DNA from: Intoshia linei
Lineage: Eukaryota; Animalia; Orthonectida
Assembly: GCA_001642005.1 (NCBI GenBank)
Contig: LWCA01000058.1
Location: 1,527 to 65,526, forward strand
Length of the DNA stretch: 64,000 nucleotides
Reading direction: 5' to 3'
The position numbers and the translations under genes are program-made. How positions within the stretch are numbered: position 1 is the first letter of the stretch; every line of letters starts with the position of its first letter. Below are positions 12,111 through 25,171 of the stretch, in pieces. Below the pieces are notes generated by a model that worked only from the letters and a program-made list of their open reading frames with translations, was not told the origin of the DNA and did not search any database.

Positions 12111-13334
12111 CCTTAAAAAAATCCCAGAATTTATTTTTAAAAACATTTTAAGATATGTTTCATTTTTAAAACAAAGGGTAATTTGAGGTTTTGACCATGA
12201 AGGTATGTGGATTTGAGGATGAGATTAACGACAATATTAACGATTTTAAAACGCGTCACAGAATGTATGTTTTATTAAATTTTTGAGCTGATTTTTATTT
12301 AAACAAAAGGGAAAATTGGGTGTTTTACCCTGAAGGACTCAAATTCTGAAACTGAAAAATAGATAAAAACTGTATTAGAAATTGACTTTTTCAGATCATG
12401 TCATTGTCAGTTTTTTCAATAAATGTTTACATACAGATATTGATTTTTATATACATGTATGTAAAGGAAAAGGATATTGAAAATAATTATTCTAAATATT
12501 CAGTTCAAATTATTGTTGGTTTATTATGTGTTTTAGTTATGTGTTGTTTGAATCTTTATAAAAAAAATAAAATCCCTTCTGGTTTAATATCATCAGAAAT
12601 TCTAATATATTTGTGATATATATACAATCTTTATAAAGAATGCATTGGAGTAATTGCATTTACGTTTTTATGATCCTTTTCAACAGTATTAAAATCAAAA
12701 AATAATTGGCTTTGTTACAATTATAAAGGTATTATAATATAATTATATTATTATCTAACATGATGGTTAAATTTAACTATCATAAAACATGTACACAATA
12801 GGTAATATTTTCAGTCCAAAAACGCCCACAATATAATTAAGACTAATGAAACGTAATTAATTCCTTTATAATAATCAATTGTGTATTCGAATCAAATTAA
12901 AAAAGCCAAAATCGCACTTATGTATAGAAATTCTAGTCATTGGGGGAAATTCTGAGATGATTTTTAATTTTTACTCATGGGACACACGGTGTGTCACACA
13001 CTAAAAGAATTAAAAATTGTGACGTTTTCACAAGAAAATGCTTCAGAACCACTCATAAAGAAGTATAAAATATGACATAAAGTATGAAATTGTCATTTAA
13101 TATTTGACAGCCCACATAAGACTAATAAATATTGCCCTACATTTTCAGAGTCTATTGAATAATACCTTCATTTTATATTATTCACCTATTATCCTATATA
13201 ATAAAAACTTGGTTTGTTTAATGATTATTGGGCTAATAGTCTATATTTAAAAACTGTTAAAAAGAATTGTCATTATTTAATTTTATAGGTTTAAAAATTT
13301 AAATTTAACGTCAAAAAATCAAAGTACCAGAAAA

Positions 13335-16300
13335 ATGAAACAAATTATTAATTTCACAATTTTTATCGGTGTTTTATGTTCGTACTGTCATCCACGTAAA
13401 GTGAATATTGGTAATTTTATGTTTATATGATATACAATTTTATACACTATATAATTTATTATTCTTAAACTTATATTTAAAAATCCTCGGACCCCCATTT
13501 TAACAAATTATTTCGTTGAGTTAATTCAAAAATTTATAAATCACTTAATGGGTTAAAGATTTCATAATGGTAAAAGGGAAGAGGCCAATTTGTGAAATTG
13601 AAAAAATTATTTTGTATTTTACAAGGGGTTAGATAAAAGTTTCCTAACCGGGGTGCTAGAAAAACTATTTTTATTTTTTACATTTTGACTTGAAAATTTC
13701 TTAAAAGAATGAAATTAATATTTTCAAATTGGAATATCATTTAAATTTGGGTGTCTACTTAATTTTTACCATTTTTTTACCAATTATGACATGCGATTCC
13801 AAAATCCGCTCTATTTTCCTTTTAGACGTTGAATTCGATTCCTTTATGTTAGGGGGTCCAACCTTTATAAACATAATGTCTATTTATACATTTTCCAATT
13901 TTTGAAGATTTACATGTCTGGATAAGGCCGAGAACGAAAAATAAAAACAGGCCAATGGTTGTGCGAATATTTTATTAATCATTTCACACAAAACTTGATT
14001 AATGAAGCGACTTTTACATCAAATAAATTTATTTTCTACCTTAATGACACCCCTGGCACTGAATGGATTCAACTAGTTTCTTATATTCAAAGCTGTAGCA
14101 GGTTGTTGCAATCCTCAGGCAGCTTATTAAATTGTATTCTGTCATGATGGATCTGTATTTAGATTATATTATCTTTATGTAAGAAAATACAGATGCACAA
14201 TGTGCACACAGGTATATTCATCACAAGCAAGCAGTTATATAAACAGCATATTTTCTTATATTGGGATACTTTTAATCTAATAAATACTTCCAGAACGTAT
14301 AATCCCCGGTGGTTGGTCTGGATTTCATCAAAATATCATAAATATTGTTCGTCGTAAAAATTAAATTTTCCAACGTTACCTGTTCATAAATTAAAATTGT
14401 AGATGCCTTGTGATTGTAAACACGAACGATATGACCCCTTGCCTCTCTCCACTGTCCTACATTATAGTTCCTTTATCTCTAACAAAACTTACATGTGATA
14501 AACTTATTTACGATAAACAACCACAAAAATGTCATTAATACATACATTACATTGTTTTGTGCTTTTATGTATTTGAGAAAAGTATTGTTTTAACTGCAAT
14601 CACATATAATTTAAATCTTATCAAATACAGCTTCTATGTTCGTTTTTACCATTTATTAATGTTTTTATTGATTATTTTTGATAAAATAGTTTTTAAAAAT
14701 GTCAATAAAATACGAATTTTACGTTGGTTTTGAATGTATCATTTTTTATTTGTTACAGGGGTGCTGGAAATAATTGATCTGGCTAACTGGGGTGCTAAAT
14801 TTAGAAAAAGTTAAGAAACCCTGGTTTAGATGATTATCGTTGGTTTAACCTTATTTAAACGATGTAAAATATATACTTTTAGTGGATATTAAAGAAACAT
14901 TAATCTCAAACAAGCATCACCCGAAAAATTTACATGTAGAATTTGATGTAGACGGTCAAAAAACAAGATTAAACTTGAAAAGAAATAATATATTTAAAAA
15001 CGAATTCATTCCAATTATGATTGACGGCTATAATTTTAATGACCCTCTTCGTGTGAATAGAGTAATTTATACAATTATTATGTATACAAGTATATTAGGG
15101 CAGTGGTTCCCCAAAAAATATATTGTTAAAAATCAAAAACTAACAGTATACAAATATTTTTAAAGAAATCAATTAGTACAAATAGTGAATATGTTTATTA
15201 TATTAATATAACAGCGATTAAAAAAATGTTATCTTTTAATATTACTGGTTTTATTTTCGTTATAAATCATACTTTAATATAGTTGACACCCTAGTTACTA
15301 GGGCGTAGTATACAAAAATTGTAAATTTATGATTGTTCTTTACAGTTTATATACGTGTTATTGTCTCGTAAGGATTAATAACATTTACATTTATTATAAT
15401 CCAAAATTAATCCGAATTTCAAAAATATATTAATTAAATATCAAATACTAAATCAAATTAATGTTAACGATTCTAATTTAATTTTAAAATTTTTCTTAAA
15501 TCTGCGGCCCCTCAGACTCTGTAGGCCCATTTGGGAACCACTGCACTAGGGTGTCACACAGATCTGAGAATCTAGGACGCTCCATGATAGTAGGGTGTAT
15601 TTTATGAAAATAATGCCCTGTGCAAAATTTTAGCTTTAAATATTCACTATTCTAGCGGAGGGCAACAAAAATGTTTTTAAAAAAGTTTTAAAAAGTCTTA
15701 ATGAAAAAAATCGCTTTTACCAATATTTTTATGAAAAATCCCATTTTATCAAATTTTTAGATCAATAATTCTTCTGACTGATTCCATAAGAAAAAACCTG
15801 ATTTTAAAAAAATTTGAAAAATCTTTTTTTACTAATATTTTTTTGAAAAAACATTAATCATTAATTTTTCGGTAAATAATTAATAATAATTGTATAACCT
15901 AAAATAAAGTTCCATTAAAAACCGATTTGTTGATACATTAGAGTGGAAGACATAGAAAAATATGTAAATATTAATAATGACACAAAAAAGGATATCAGTG
16001 ACTGCCTTGATTTTGTGTACCCTTCGCTAACATTTGAGAAACTGGGGCAAAGTCAAGAATGTAACTTTTTAATTAAAATATTTTAAATAGACCTTGAATA
16101 AAATCTCATTTTAACTTTTCAATTTGAAGTAAAATAATATATTGCATTATGATCAGATGTATTGGACACGGCCGCACCTTGTGCACCCATGCTCTAGATT
16201 GATATCTTTAAAATGTTCCGATTGCTTAATTGGCACTTCACATATACTAATAGAAGATATATAATGAAACTTCGAAGCGAAGACATGAATATTTTTGTAT

Positions 16301-19300
16301 TATTCGTTAATAAAATGAAAAATGTTGAAGAATAATATATAATGATGGAAAATTGGATGTCTTGGTAAAATATCATCAAATCATAAAATTATGTGTGAAA
16401 CAGTATTAAACATACAAAATGACATTTTGTATGATATTGCCAAAATAGGGACGTCCCTGTTGTAAATCATGCCCTTAGAGAGCATTACTGACATATAAAA
16501 AGCCAAAATACTCTCAAAAACCGAGAGCGAAATACAACAACTAGTTTTCACCATGAATTTGTATAAATTAATTGTTTATTATGTAACAATAGCAAAAAAT
16601 TAATAAAAATATAAAAATAAAATTCAATTTTCAATAAATAATAGGCTTTTTTATTTTTTTGACCTCCACTTCGTTATTTAATATTATTAAAAAATTCTTA
16701 CAGTATGAGTATATAATTCTAAAAATACATCGATTTTTTGGGGAGCGTTCAAAAAATTCGTAAATGTTTAAAAAAATTTGACACCCTAAAGTACACTGTA
16801 CGTGAACAATGCTTACTGAACACTATAACAAAATAAAATTATTCCTAATTTTGAAAAAATAAAATAAAAATTACTTATTGAATCATTCAGTCTTTAGTAA
16901 AGGCACTCCACTCACACATATAAATATTTGTAGAAAACTTAATATAATTCAAGTTTAAAGATAATACGAATATAATAATATAAAAAATTAATTTTTAATC
17001 TGTCATTTGAAAATAATTTCTTATCTATAAATAAACATTGAGATAGATATTACCTGTTTAGATTTATTAATAAATTCCGCCAAATAATCAACTCAAATTA
17101 TACTTTAATGCTGACATCTTCATGGTATTTAATACATTTTTGAACCAATAGAAGAATACTTGGCGCAATTTTATTTAATACTCCCAGGCAATTTCATAAT
17201 CATAATGACAATTACATCATCAATAAGAGAATTATATCCATTAAAATCAGAAATATGTAGAAAAATGGGGTAATTTATTGTTAATCTTTTACTGCGTGTA
17301 ATGTTATTATTACATTTTAATCTTTTTATCATTACTACACACTATAATAGATATATATACTGTAATAGATATTTCATATTTGTGCAAAATTGGACATGCA
17401 ATATATTATAAATTTAGAACCTTAATCACTATATTGATACTGAATCTCAAGCAGTGTTCAATGTAGAATCTGTACCTCACCACAAAGGATTCAAAAGATA
17501 TTTTGTATGTATTATATTTTAATCTATGATTATTTTAATTTGATTTGATATTTGTGTAATGTACAATGAATAGACAAAAAAATTACTTACTAAACTTACT
17601 AAAATCTAATAATATTAATTAATACTAATGGTCCATTAGTAATGGAGAATCTAAAATTGAATTTTTGAGCAGAGTTTTTTTTGTTTGAAAAATAGTTGAT
17701 AAAATTAAAACAATCCCATGTATAAGACTAAACTATTAATTTAAATCATAATATATTTTAGACCGGAACATTCATTAAAGACAACAAAGTTATTCATGTT
17801 AAACCGCAACAACATGGAAATCATTTTATTAGAGAAATAAAAGATAAAAAACTTTTTCCAGGTAATTGTACCCAATCTAATAAATCAATTTAATGGTTAA
17901 TTTAATTTGTTAACAATTGTAGGTTCGTTTCACAATTATTTGTAAAATTAGATCAATTTATGTTTGAATGATATTTTCAGGCCTCTTTTGAAATATTTTT
18001 TAAAATTTCAAAAAACCTTTTCATTTGTGTATGATATGGGTTATGGTTGTACTGATCAACATATATAATATATAATATCTACATGATATAGTAGTTTATT
18101 TACAATTTTTTAAAAAAATAAAATTACATACCAAAATTTTTCAAACTCCTGGTTGGAAGCCTTAAAGAGGACACTGAAACCACACCATGGTCCATAATAT
18201 CTAAAATAAATCGTAACGAGTTTATCGGACTGCAATTATTTTTTAATTTTTTTTACATGTTATACAAATCAGTATCATTTTACTTTAAGTTAAATTTATT
18301 TAAAAAAATTCAAAAATATATCGAAAATCTCAAACCTAAAGTTATGTCGCGAGTCGCGACTCAGTTTTAAAACGCCTGTGTTGCGTTATTAAAAATTAAT
18401 AAATGATTTTAGGGTGAAGTGGAGGAAACTATTTTATTTAAATTTAAATTTAGATGACTATGATGTGTTTTTGGACATTTACAATAATCTAAACAAAACG
18501 ATTTTACCGGAACAACGTTTTCAAGAAAGAAATATTTACAGTGATGTGAAAACTTTTTATGTTGAAATTATATTTTTGTTGGATGATTCAATTTGGTCGT
18601 GGTATACATTTAAATTTAAATTTATGAGATGAATTCGTGTCGTTTTCTGAGAATAAGATATTCTTCAGTTCTCATTTAGTGTCTTATTTAAACTTTAAAC
18701 TATTTTGGCGTTTCAGGACGATTTAGAATCTAAATTGTACATGTTATTAGGGATTATTAAATAGACAGTTTTCTAAATTATGAATAAATCTGTTTACAAA
18801 AAAATAATATTATTAGTTGGTCATGTAAAAATTTTTTTAGGTGCTTCCTTGAGGTTGAAATTTTTTTTTAGTATGCGGGTTTACATTAGAGAATGTTAGA
18901 ATATTTACAATTTTTATAACTGGGTTGTTTTATTTATTCTCAGTACCTTAAAAAAATGGTAAAAAAAATCTTGGAAATACCTTAGATTGGCATAACCTTG
19001 TGTATAAAACATTTATAATAATAAAATGATAGGTTAAGCTCAAAAACTGGTACATCGGAAAATGAATTGGATGTAAAAATTAGAGAAATATTCGGACATA
19101 TAATGAACGGAGTAATTATTTACAAAATTGTTAATTTATTATTAATGTATAAAATATTTTAATTCCAAATTAATTTAGATTTCAATGAGTTTTGCATCTA
19201 TTAATTCTCAACAATACAATATTGAAATTAAACCATTCCTAAACTCAATTGTGATACACAAGGTACATTATTATAAAGTTTAATGAAAAGTTTTTAGACT

Positions 19301-21731
19301 GTTGAAGAATCATATTATGTACATGGAGATTCGGTAATAGAACCTGGGATAATACCACAATACACTATATTGGACGGGATCAAAGTTTTAAATAAGTTGG
19401 GTGACTGGTCAGTAAATTTCAATGATAAAAGAAATTGGAATAGTCCGGATCACGTCATGTTGTGGACTACGTATACATTACATTATAAGATTTAAATACA
19501 TAAACTATATAAACGTAGATACAATATTGTAGACTATGGAGTGATCGGTTATTCTTATGTTGCTGGAATCTGTAAACCAAAATATTCAATATCAATCTGC
19601 GAATACAGTGGCATACATAGCTGGAAAAATGGAGCTCATGAACTTGGTCATAAGTACATTATTTACGTTTTAATATATAGCTATTACATATTGTATTAAC
19701 ATTAAATTAGTATTCTTTTATTTTTCAATTTTTTTAGTTTAGGAGCCGATCATGATGGTATAGATAAAGCTTGTCCATCAAGTGATCAATATATTATGTC
19801 ACCAACAAAAGTACCTCATATAGATTATGATGACTATTTAAATACCTACACATTTTCATCTTGCTCTGTGCAAAAAATTTACGACACGTTGATGGGAAAC
19901 GTTGACAAGTTGTGTTGTTTTTTTGATATCTATATGAAACTTTTAGTTATCCAAGAGTTTGCGTTTTTGATAAATTGTGTTCTCATGAAACAAATGAGAA
20001 GGTTGACATCTTACCTGGTGAACAATTTACAAGGGATGAGCAATGCACTCATTTAATGGAAAATACTGCAAAGTTTTGTGTATAGTTTACTATTAATAAT
20101 AATTTATTTAAAAATTATACACTTTAAATCAAAAATTGTAGTTTCAGAGAATCTTAAAATTAAGAAAGATGAACCAATAAAATTTTTATAACATTGGAAC
20201 ATTTTATGATGGCTCTTTAAACAGTTTCCCACATTTTCCATTACCTTTTAGTTTGCTGTTCCACCAAATTGTTATTTTTATAATGTTGTCACTAGTTATA
20301 AATTGAATTTTTTTAACCTTGAGGGACTAGCATCTAGATTTTTTTGTATAGCAATATCGCGACTTTTAAGTCGGATGAATCGATCCCGGTTTCAGAAGCG
20401 TTAATTAATCAGGGGTGTCAATTATGGAATGTGCGGTTATATAATTATAAATTTTTATTTTTTATCACAATTTTTTACAAATATTTCTTATTTTACAGTT
20501 TTTTCATATATTTTTCATGATTTATTTATTTATTATTACAAATTTTGCACTTATTCCATTTTTTTGTTTCATATTTAATTTTATGAATTAATTAAATCTG
20601 TTAGTTTTAACACAATTTTTTAAATAAAGATTTTTTTTTGTTCACATTTGGCCCGCCAAGCAAATTGAGTCTGAAACCCCTGCTATAGAGTAATGTAAAT
20701 TATACTAGGAAGAAGAAACAAAGGACATTTGCTATAAAATGTATTGCAAAATGAGTGGATATGCATTTTGCAGAGCAAAGGCTGGAGCAACACTAGAAGG
20801 TACAAAGTGTGGTTATAATATGGTAATTACCTTTGAATTTAAATAAATACCGACATGTAAATTAATCTTTTCGTATTGAAAATTAAATTAGTGGTGTCGA
20901 GAAGGAGAATGTATACAAAAATATACCGTACAAATTAATGATGATTGTGAAAATATCAGTATTCCCAAAAATGTTCCAACGTGTATGTCTGAAAATTCAT
21001 TAAATTAATTTATTTTAATTTTTAAAAAATATTTTAATCATGAGCAAATATATTTTAGCTTGTGAAGATTCTGAAGGTTACAATTGCGGTGTATATGTTA
21101 ATGAACAACCTGAATCGTGTTTTGTGAGATCAGACATATCATATTATTGCTGTAGAACGTGCCATTTAAATGGATTATATGAACCAACGAAAGCAGGTTT
21201 AAACTTTAATTAATGTTTATCTTATTATATTTTATATAAAAATTAATATTTTACCGATTTTATGACGAGTCATGAAAATGACATTTATATTCATTATAAG
21301 AATTTAATATAGTCATAATTACTATGACTAATAATAAACATATTGATATATTAAAATCAAATATGGCCATATTAAATAGAGAACATCTATATATAAGTCT
21401 TTTAAAACTTTTACTAAAAAACATTTTGATTTTTAAATCATAACGATACTGTAGTAATTATTCGAAAATGTCAATCGACAGTGACCAGTCTAAAAATACT
21501 ACAAATTAAAATGTTAATAAAATTGATAAATAATTTATAGAATATGATTCAATAAATCCGAATACACCTGAACCAACCACAACAACAATAAAACCGTTGG
21601 AAGATAACAATTTTATGTGCATGGATTTGTATACATATTGCGAATATTGGAAAGGTAGAGGGTATTGCACTTATGATCTTACAAAAACAATGATGGAAGA
21701 AATATGCCCCCGAACATGCGGGGTTTGTTAA
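13335..21731 (+). CDS. Secreted reprolysin (M12B) metalloprotease, mig-17/ADAMTS-like: prodomain, catalytic domain, ADAMTS Cys-rich region, PLAC-like module, C-terminal ShK domain
   Basis: Signal peptide MKQIINFTIFIGVLCSYC. Motifs YVEIIFLLDD and PDHVMLWT. Spliced zinc site HELGHNLGADHD and Met-turn YIMSP. LPGEQFTRDEQC, LEGTKCG..WCREGEC, CEDSEG..YYCCRTC, and CMDLYTYCEYWKGRGYC..ICPRTCGVC*. Confidence 0.88.
14041..14823 (-). mobile_element. hAT (SPIN/Charlie/GTF2IRD2-like) transposase relic in intron 1 of the metalloprotease
   Basis: Minus strand reads (with a stop and a frameshift) VFSYIKII*SKYRSIMTEYNLISCLRIATTCYSFEYKKLVESIQCQGCH*, typical of the hAT dimerisation C-terminus. A hAT-like end (AAGAAACCCTG) lies at about 14823; whether it belongs to the same element is uncertain. 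Confidence 0.65.
15101..15543. mobile_element. hAT (Buster-type) MITE
   Basis: TIRs CAGTGGTTCCC / GGGAACCACTG. TSD TATTAGGG / CACTAGGG (nnnTAnnn). Confidence 0.7.
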
Positions 21732-21763
21732 TTGATAACATTATAGTGTATTAAAATATACAA

Positions 21764-23892
21764 TTATTTCTTTTTAGAGCGTTTAGCTTCACTAAGAATT
21801 TTTAATCCGAATGGATCGTCGTCTCTTTCAAATTGAACAGGGCCATCTCGTTTATGAGAATTTTTATCTGGTTTTGCTCCGGAAAATGCCTTATCTGGAA
21901 CAAATTTGCTAGTTTTTTTGATAGAATCAACTTCATCAGCGTAAAATTCTTCGTTGAGTTTTTTGGAAGGTTTATATATAGACGAAGCAATAGATTTTTC
22001 ACTTTTCCAAGCACTATTGTAGACATTGTATGCATCGTCATCTGCAAATCCGGATGTAACTCCTTTGGTTCCACTGTATAATCTTTGATCCATTTGAGCA
22101 CCCTTGTTATCCGATGGTTTGGCCAAACCTAACGCAATTTTTTCACTAATGTCTCTTTCTGCGTCTTTTTGGAGACGTGATCGTTTATCTGGCGCTGCTC
22201 TAGCAATATTTCTATCACGTTGACGTTCATGACGTCGATCTTTTCGAAATTGATCCCTTTCTTGAACATCTTCATTTTTGTTTTCTTTCAATCTGGCATC
22301 ACCACTTCGAAATTCACGAGCTTTTCGAGCCAGTTCTCTTAAATTCTCTTCCTTACGTTCCTTTTCTTTTTCTGATACTCTCTTTTCAATCTGTGCACGT
22401 AGAGCTACCGCTTCACGAGCCTAAAAATAAATTAATTATTAAAATTTATTATCAATTTAAAATTACCTTTCGTCCAGCTATATACAGAGCCTCTGATAAT
22501 TTTGCAAAATTTTCATTAATGTGAACAGCTTGCGTTCCCCTTCCATCGGCTGCCAGTCGTTTATCCAACGGAATAGTGTATCCCTAATTTTAAGTGTAAA
22601 CACAAATATCAAATAATTTAAATATAATTCAAATTAAAACGTAAAACTAACCTTAGCATTTTTCCAATTTGATACACAGGGTGGAATTTTCCAATTTTGT
22701 TGTTCCTTTTGAGTAATTTTTCGGTTGGGTGAATGTAAAACTGGTGCAGGTGGTGAAGGAGGGGCTTTTGGTATTTTTGAACTGACACGGAATCGTGGAG
22801 GTTCCATGGGGTCCTTTTGAATTTCCATAATTTTAACAATTCGTTGAGTAGCTCCTGAATTGTGGAAACCGCTTTTTGTCGAAGGAGTATAACGAATATA
22901 TTTAGCTGCTCCAGCTCTTTCAGCATGCTGAACAGGCAGCGCAGAAGCCACTTTAGATTCAACAATACCTTGCAATTTTTGCTTTAATTCTTGCATTTTC
23001 TAAAATTAAATATACATATGAAAATTTTAGTAATTCCACATCTTACACGTGTATATTATAAAAAAAGTAATCCTTCTAGGACCTTACTTTCCAAATTTAC
23101 GTGTAAAGCATGCATGAAGCTTTTATTGAACTACTTTTCATACAGTACAGATACATTATTTTTGCTTGAAATTTTTTATTTAATGATGGAGGGGAGAATA
23201 AAATAAATAAAATCGTACTTCTTTTGTTTCTTCTTCTGTAGGTCTAATTAAATCACCGCTGTTATAATCCTGGACTTTTGGAACTAAACTGTTAAATGTG
23301 GCATGTATTATCTAAAATCAAATTTTGTTGAAAGTGTATCATAAATATACCTTGTCTTTTGAATGACCCACACCAGCTAAAGCATGGAAAGCTACTTTAC
23401 CATCCTTTCGAATTTGTAAAGGTAGGGCATTAGACTGTTTTTCTGATGACATTCCAATCCCCAATGGATATTGTGGCATAAAAATCTCTGGAAATGATCC
23501 TCCGTTTCCATAATCCTAAGTTAAAATTAAATTAAAATAATTAAAATGTATCAAACCAAAACTGAAGTTGGCTTCCAACCACCTCTTTGTCCATAAGCTG
23601 GTGCTTTACATTCAAGTGTGGCGATTGTTTTCTATAAATAGCATTATACAAAATATTTCAGTTTAAAAAATAAACTAACACGAATATTAATTTGATACTG
23701 TGGGTTGGACAATCCACATCAAACCAAAAACTGAAAAACGGTAAAATTAACTAAAAATATACCTCAATTTTTTTTTCTGTATTGTCCTGTATTTCATGTA
23801 CCGGGCTAGGTAGATGTCTAAAATCATAATTACAATGTATGATTAACTTGATAAGATATAGTTTTATAACTACATTACAATTTATGGACCAT
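21764..23892 (-). CDS. SNW1: SNW domain-containing protein 1 (SKIP/Prp45), spliceosomal NTC-associated protein
   Basis: Motifs YIRYTP, QKDPMEPPRF, PKAPPSPPAPVLHSP, WKIPPCVSNWKNAK, RDISEKIALG and RDGPVQFE. The 14-nt first coding exon is ATGGTCCATAAATT|GTAATG and splices to HLPSPVH. Confidence 0.95.
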
Positions 23893-25171
23893 AATATTAA
23901 ATAGAAAATATTAACACTCTTACTATTTAACTTTTAAGTTAATTCAATCTACTGAATACTACTACACTAATTTGTGTATTATCGTAAAACCAAAAATGTG
24001 TCTGAACAAACTTTATCTGGCCAATTAATATTAACTACTTAATATTGTCATAAAATCATTGACAAGTAAGAATTATTTTGATAAAATAAAGATTTTGATA
24101 TTTAGTTCTAAAATTACGTGGATAAGGTTGATGATGTGAACATGTCGATATTTTTTGAAATAATTACATAAAGAAAATAAATTAATTGTAGTTTATTATA
24201 ATTTATTTAATATGTTGCCAAGAGAAATATATTTTACAAATTTCTGGATAACAACAAAGTTATTAGGTTGATGTAGACTTTGGAGCCTGCTGAATTTTGC
24301 ATTGCACGGCGTGGTGTGCCGGTGTGCTCTTATAAATCATTTGATAACTACCAAGTTGGTAGTACCAACATTATAACATTGTATTACTTATATTAACGCC
24401 TGTATAACCGAAATTGTTAATTAGTAAAATATCAATAATTGAAAAAATAATAAAACATCAGTTTTATACCTTGGTATTTACAAACAGTCAACCAGTAACT
24501 CATTTTAAAATATTTTTGGTCTGAATGATTCATAAATGCATATTAATTTATCGATATTTGATAAGCAAAATTTTGAATTTTATTGTGTCAGAAAATGCAA
24601 AATATTACAATATAAACAATTTCTCTATAGTATCATTACTATACAATGTACAAGAGATTCTGTAGTTGATTTTGCATTTATGTTAGGAAAATTTACATGA
24701 TCAATGAGTAAAAATAATCTACAAGATATAGGTTTTTAGTACTTTTATTTATTATAAGGCTTATACTGTCGGTCTTATATGAAAATTCATTTTGAACGAA
24801 CTCAGAAATTTTTCCTCTATTATCACTAATATTTATTTCACTGACATCTCATCTCACTGATCATCAGCTTTTGATTTGACATTTTAAATTTAGCATATAA
24901 AATATCATAACTTATGATTATTATACTCAAGATTATAATTTTTTTATTGTTAAATTTGTAAAATGAGGCCACAATTTTTGTTTTAATTTTAACACACAAC
25001 TCGTCAGGGCCAAACGGACAGGGTCTCGTGTACTGTAGGTTAGTCACTGTGTGTATCCTTTCTTGGATTATTAAAAATAAAGTATAATCACCAAATGGGT
25101 TAACAAATATTTTTGCCATCTGTATTAATCATGTAAACTTTTTTTAAATTGTGTTTTTTATATTGCTGTAT

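Noticed and set aside
20410-20682. Possible hAT MITE (CAGGGGTGTCA ... TGAAACCCCTG)
   Set aside because: The ends look TIR-like but there is no matching TSD, so the boundaries are not supported well enough to list.
21802-22101. Alternate-frame and antisense ORFs over SNW1 (also 22618-22965, and 28023-28271 over Rabaptin)
   Set aside because: These are shadow ORFs of real coding exons with no independent features.
24838-24850. Cys-Gln-TGA as a possible selenocysteine codon
   Set aside because: A TAG follows within four codons, and I see no SECIS or selenoprotein homology.
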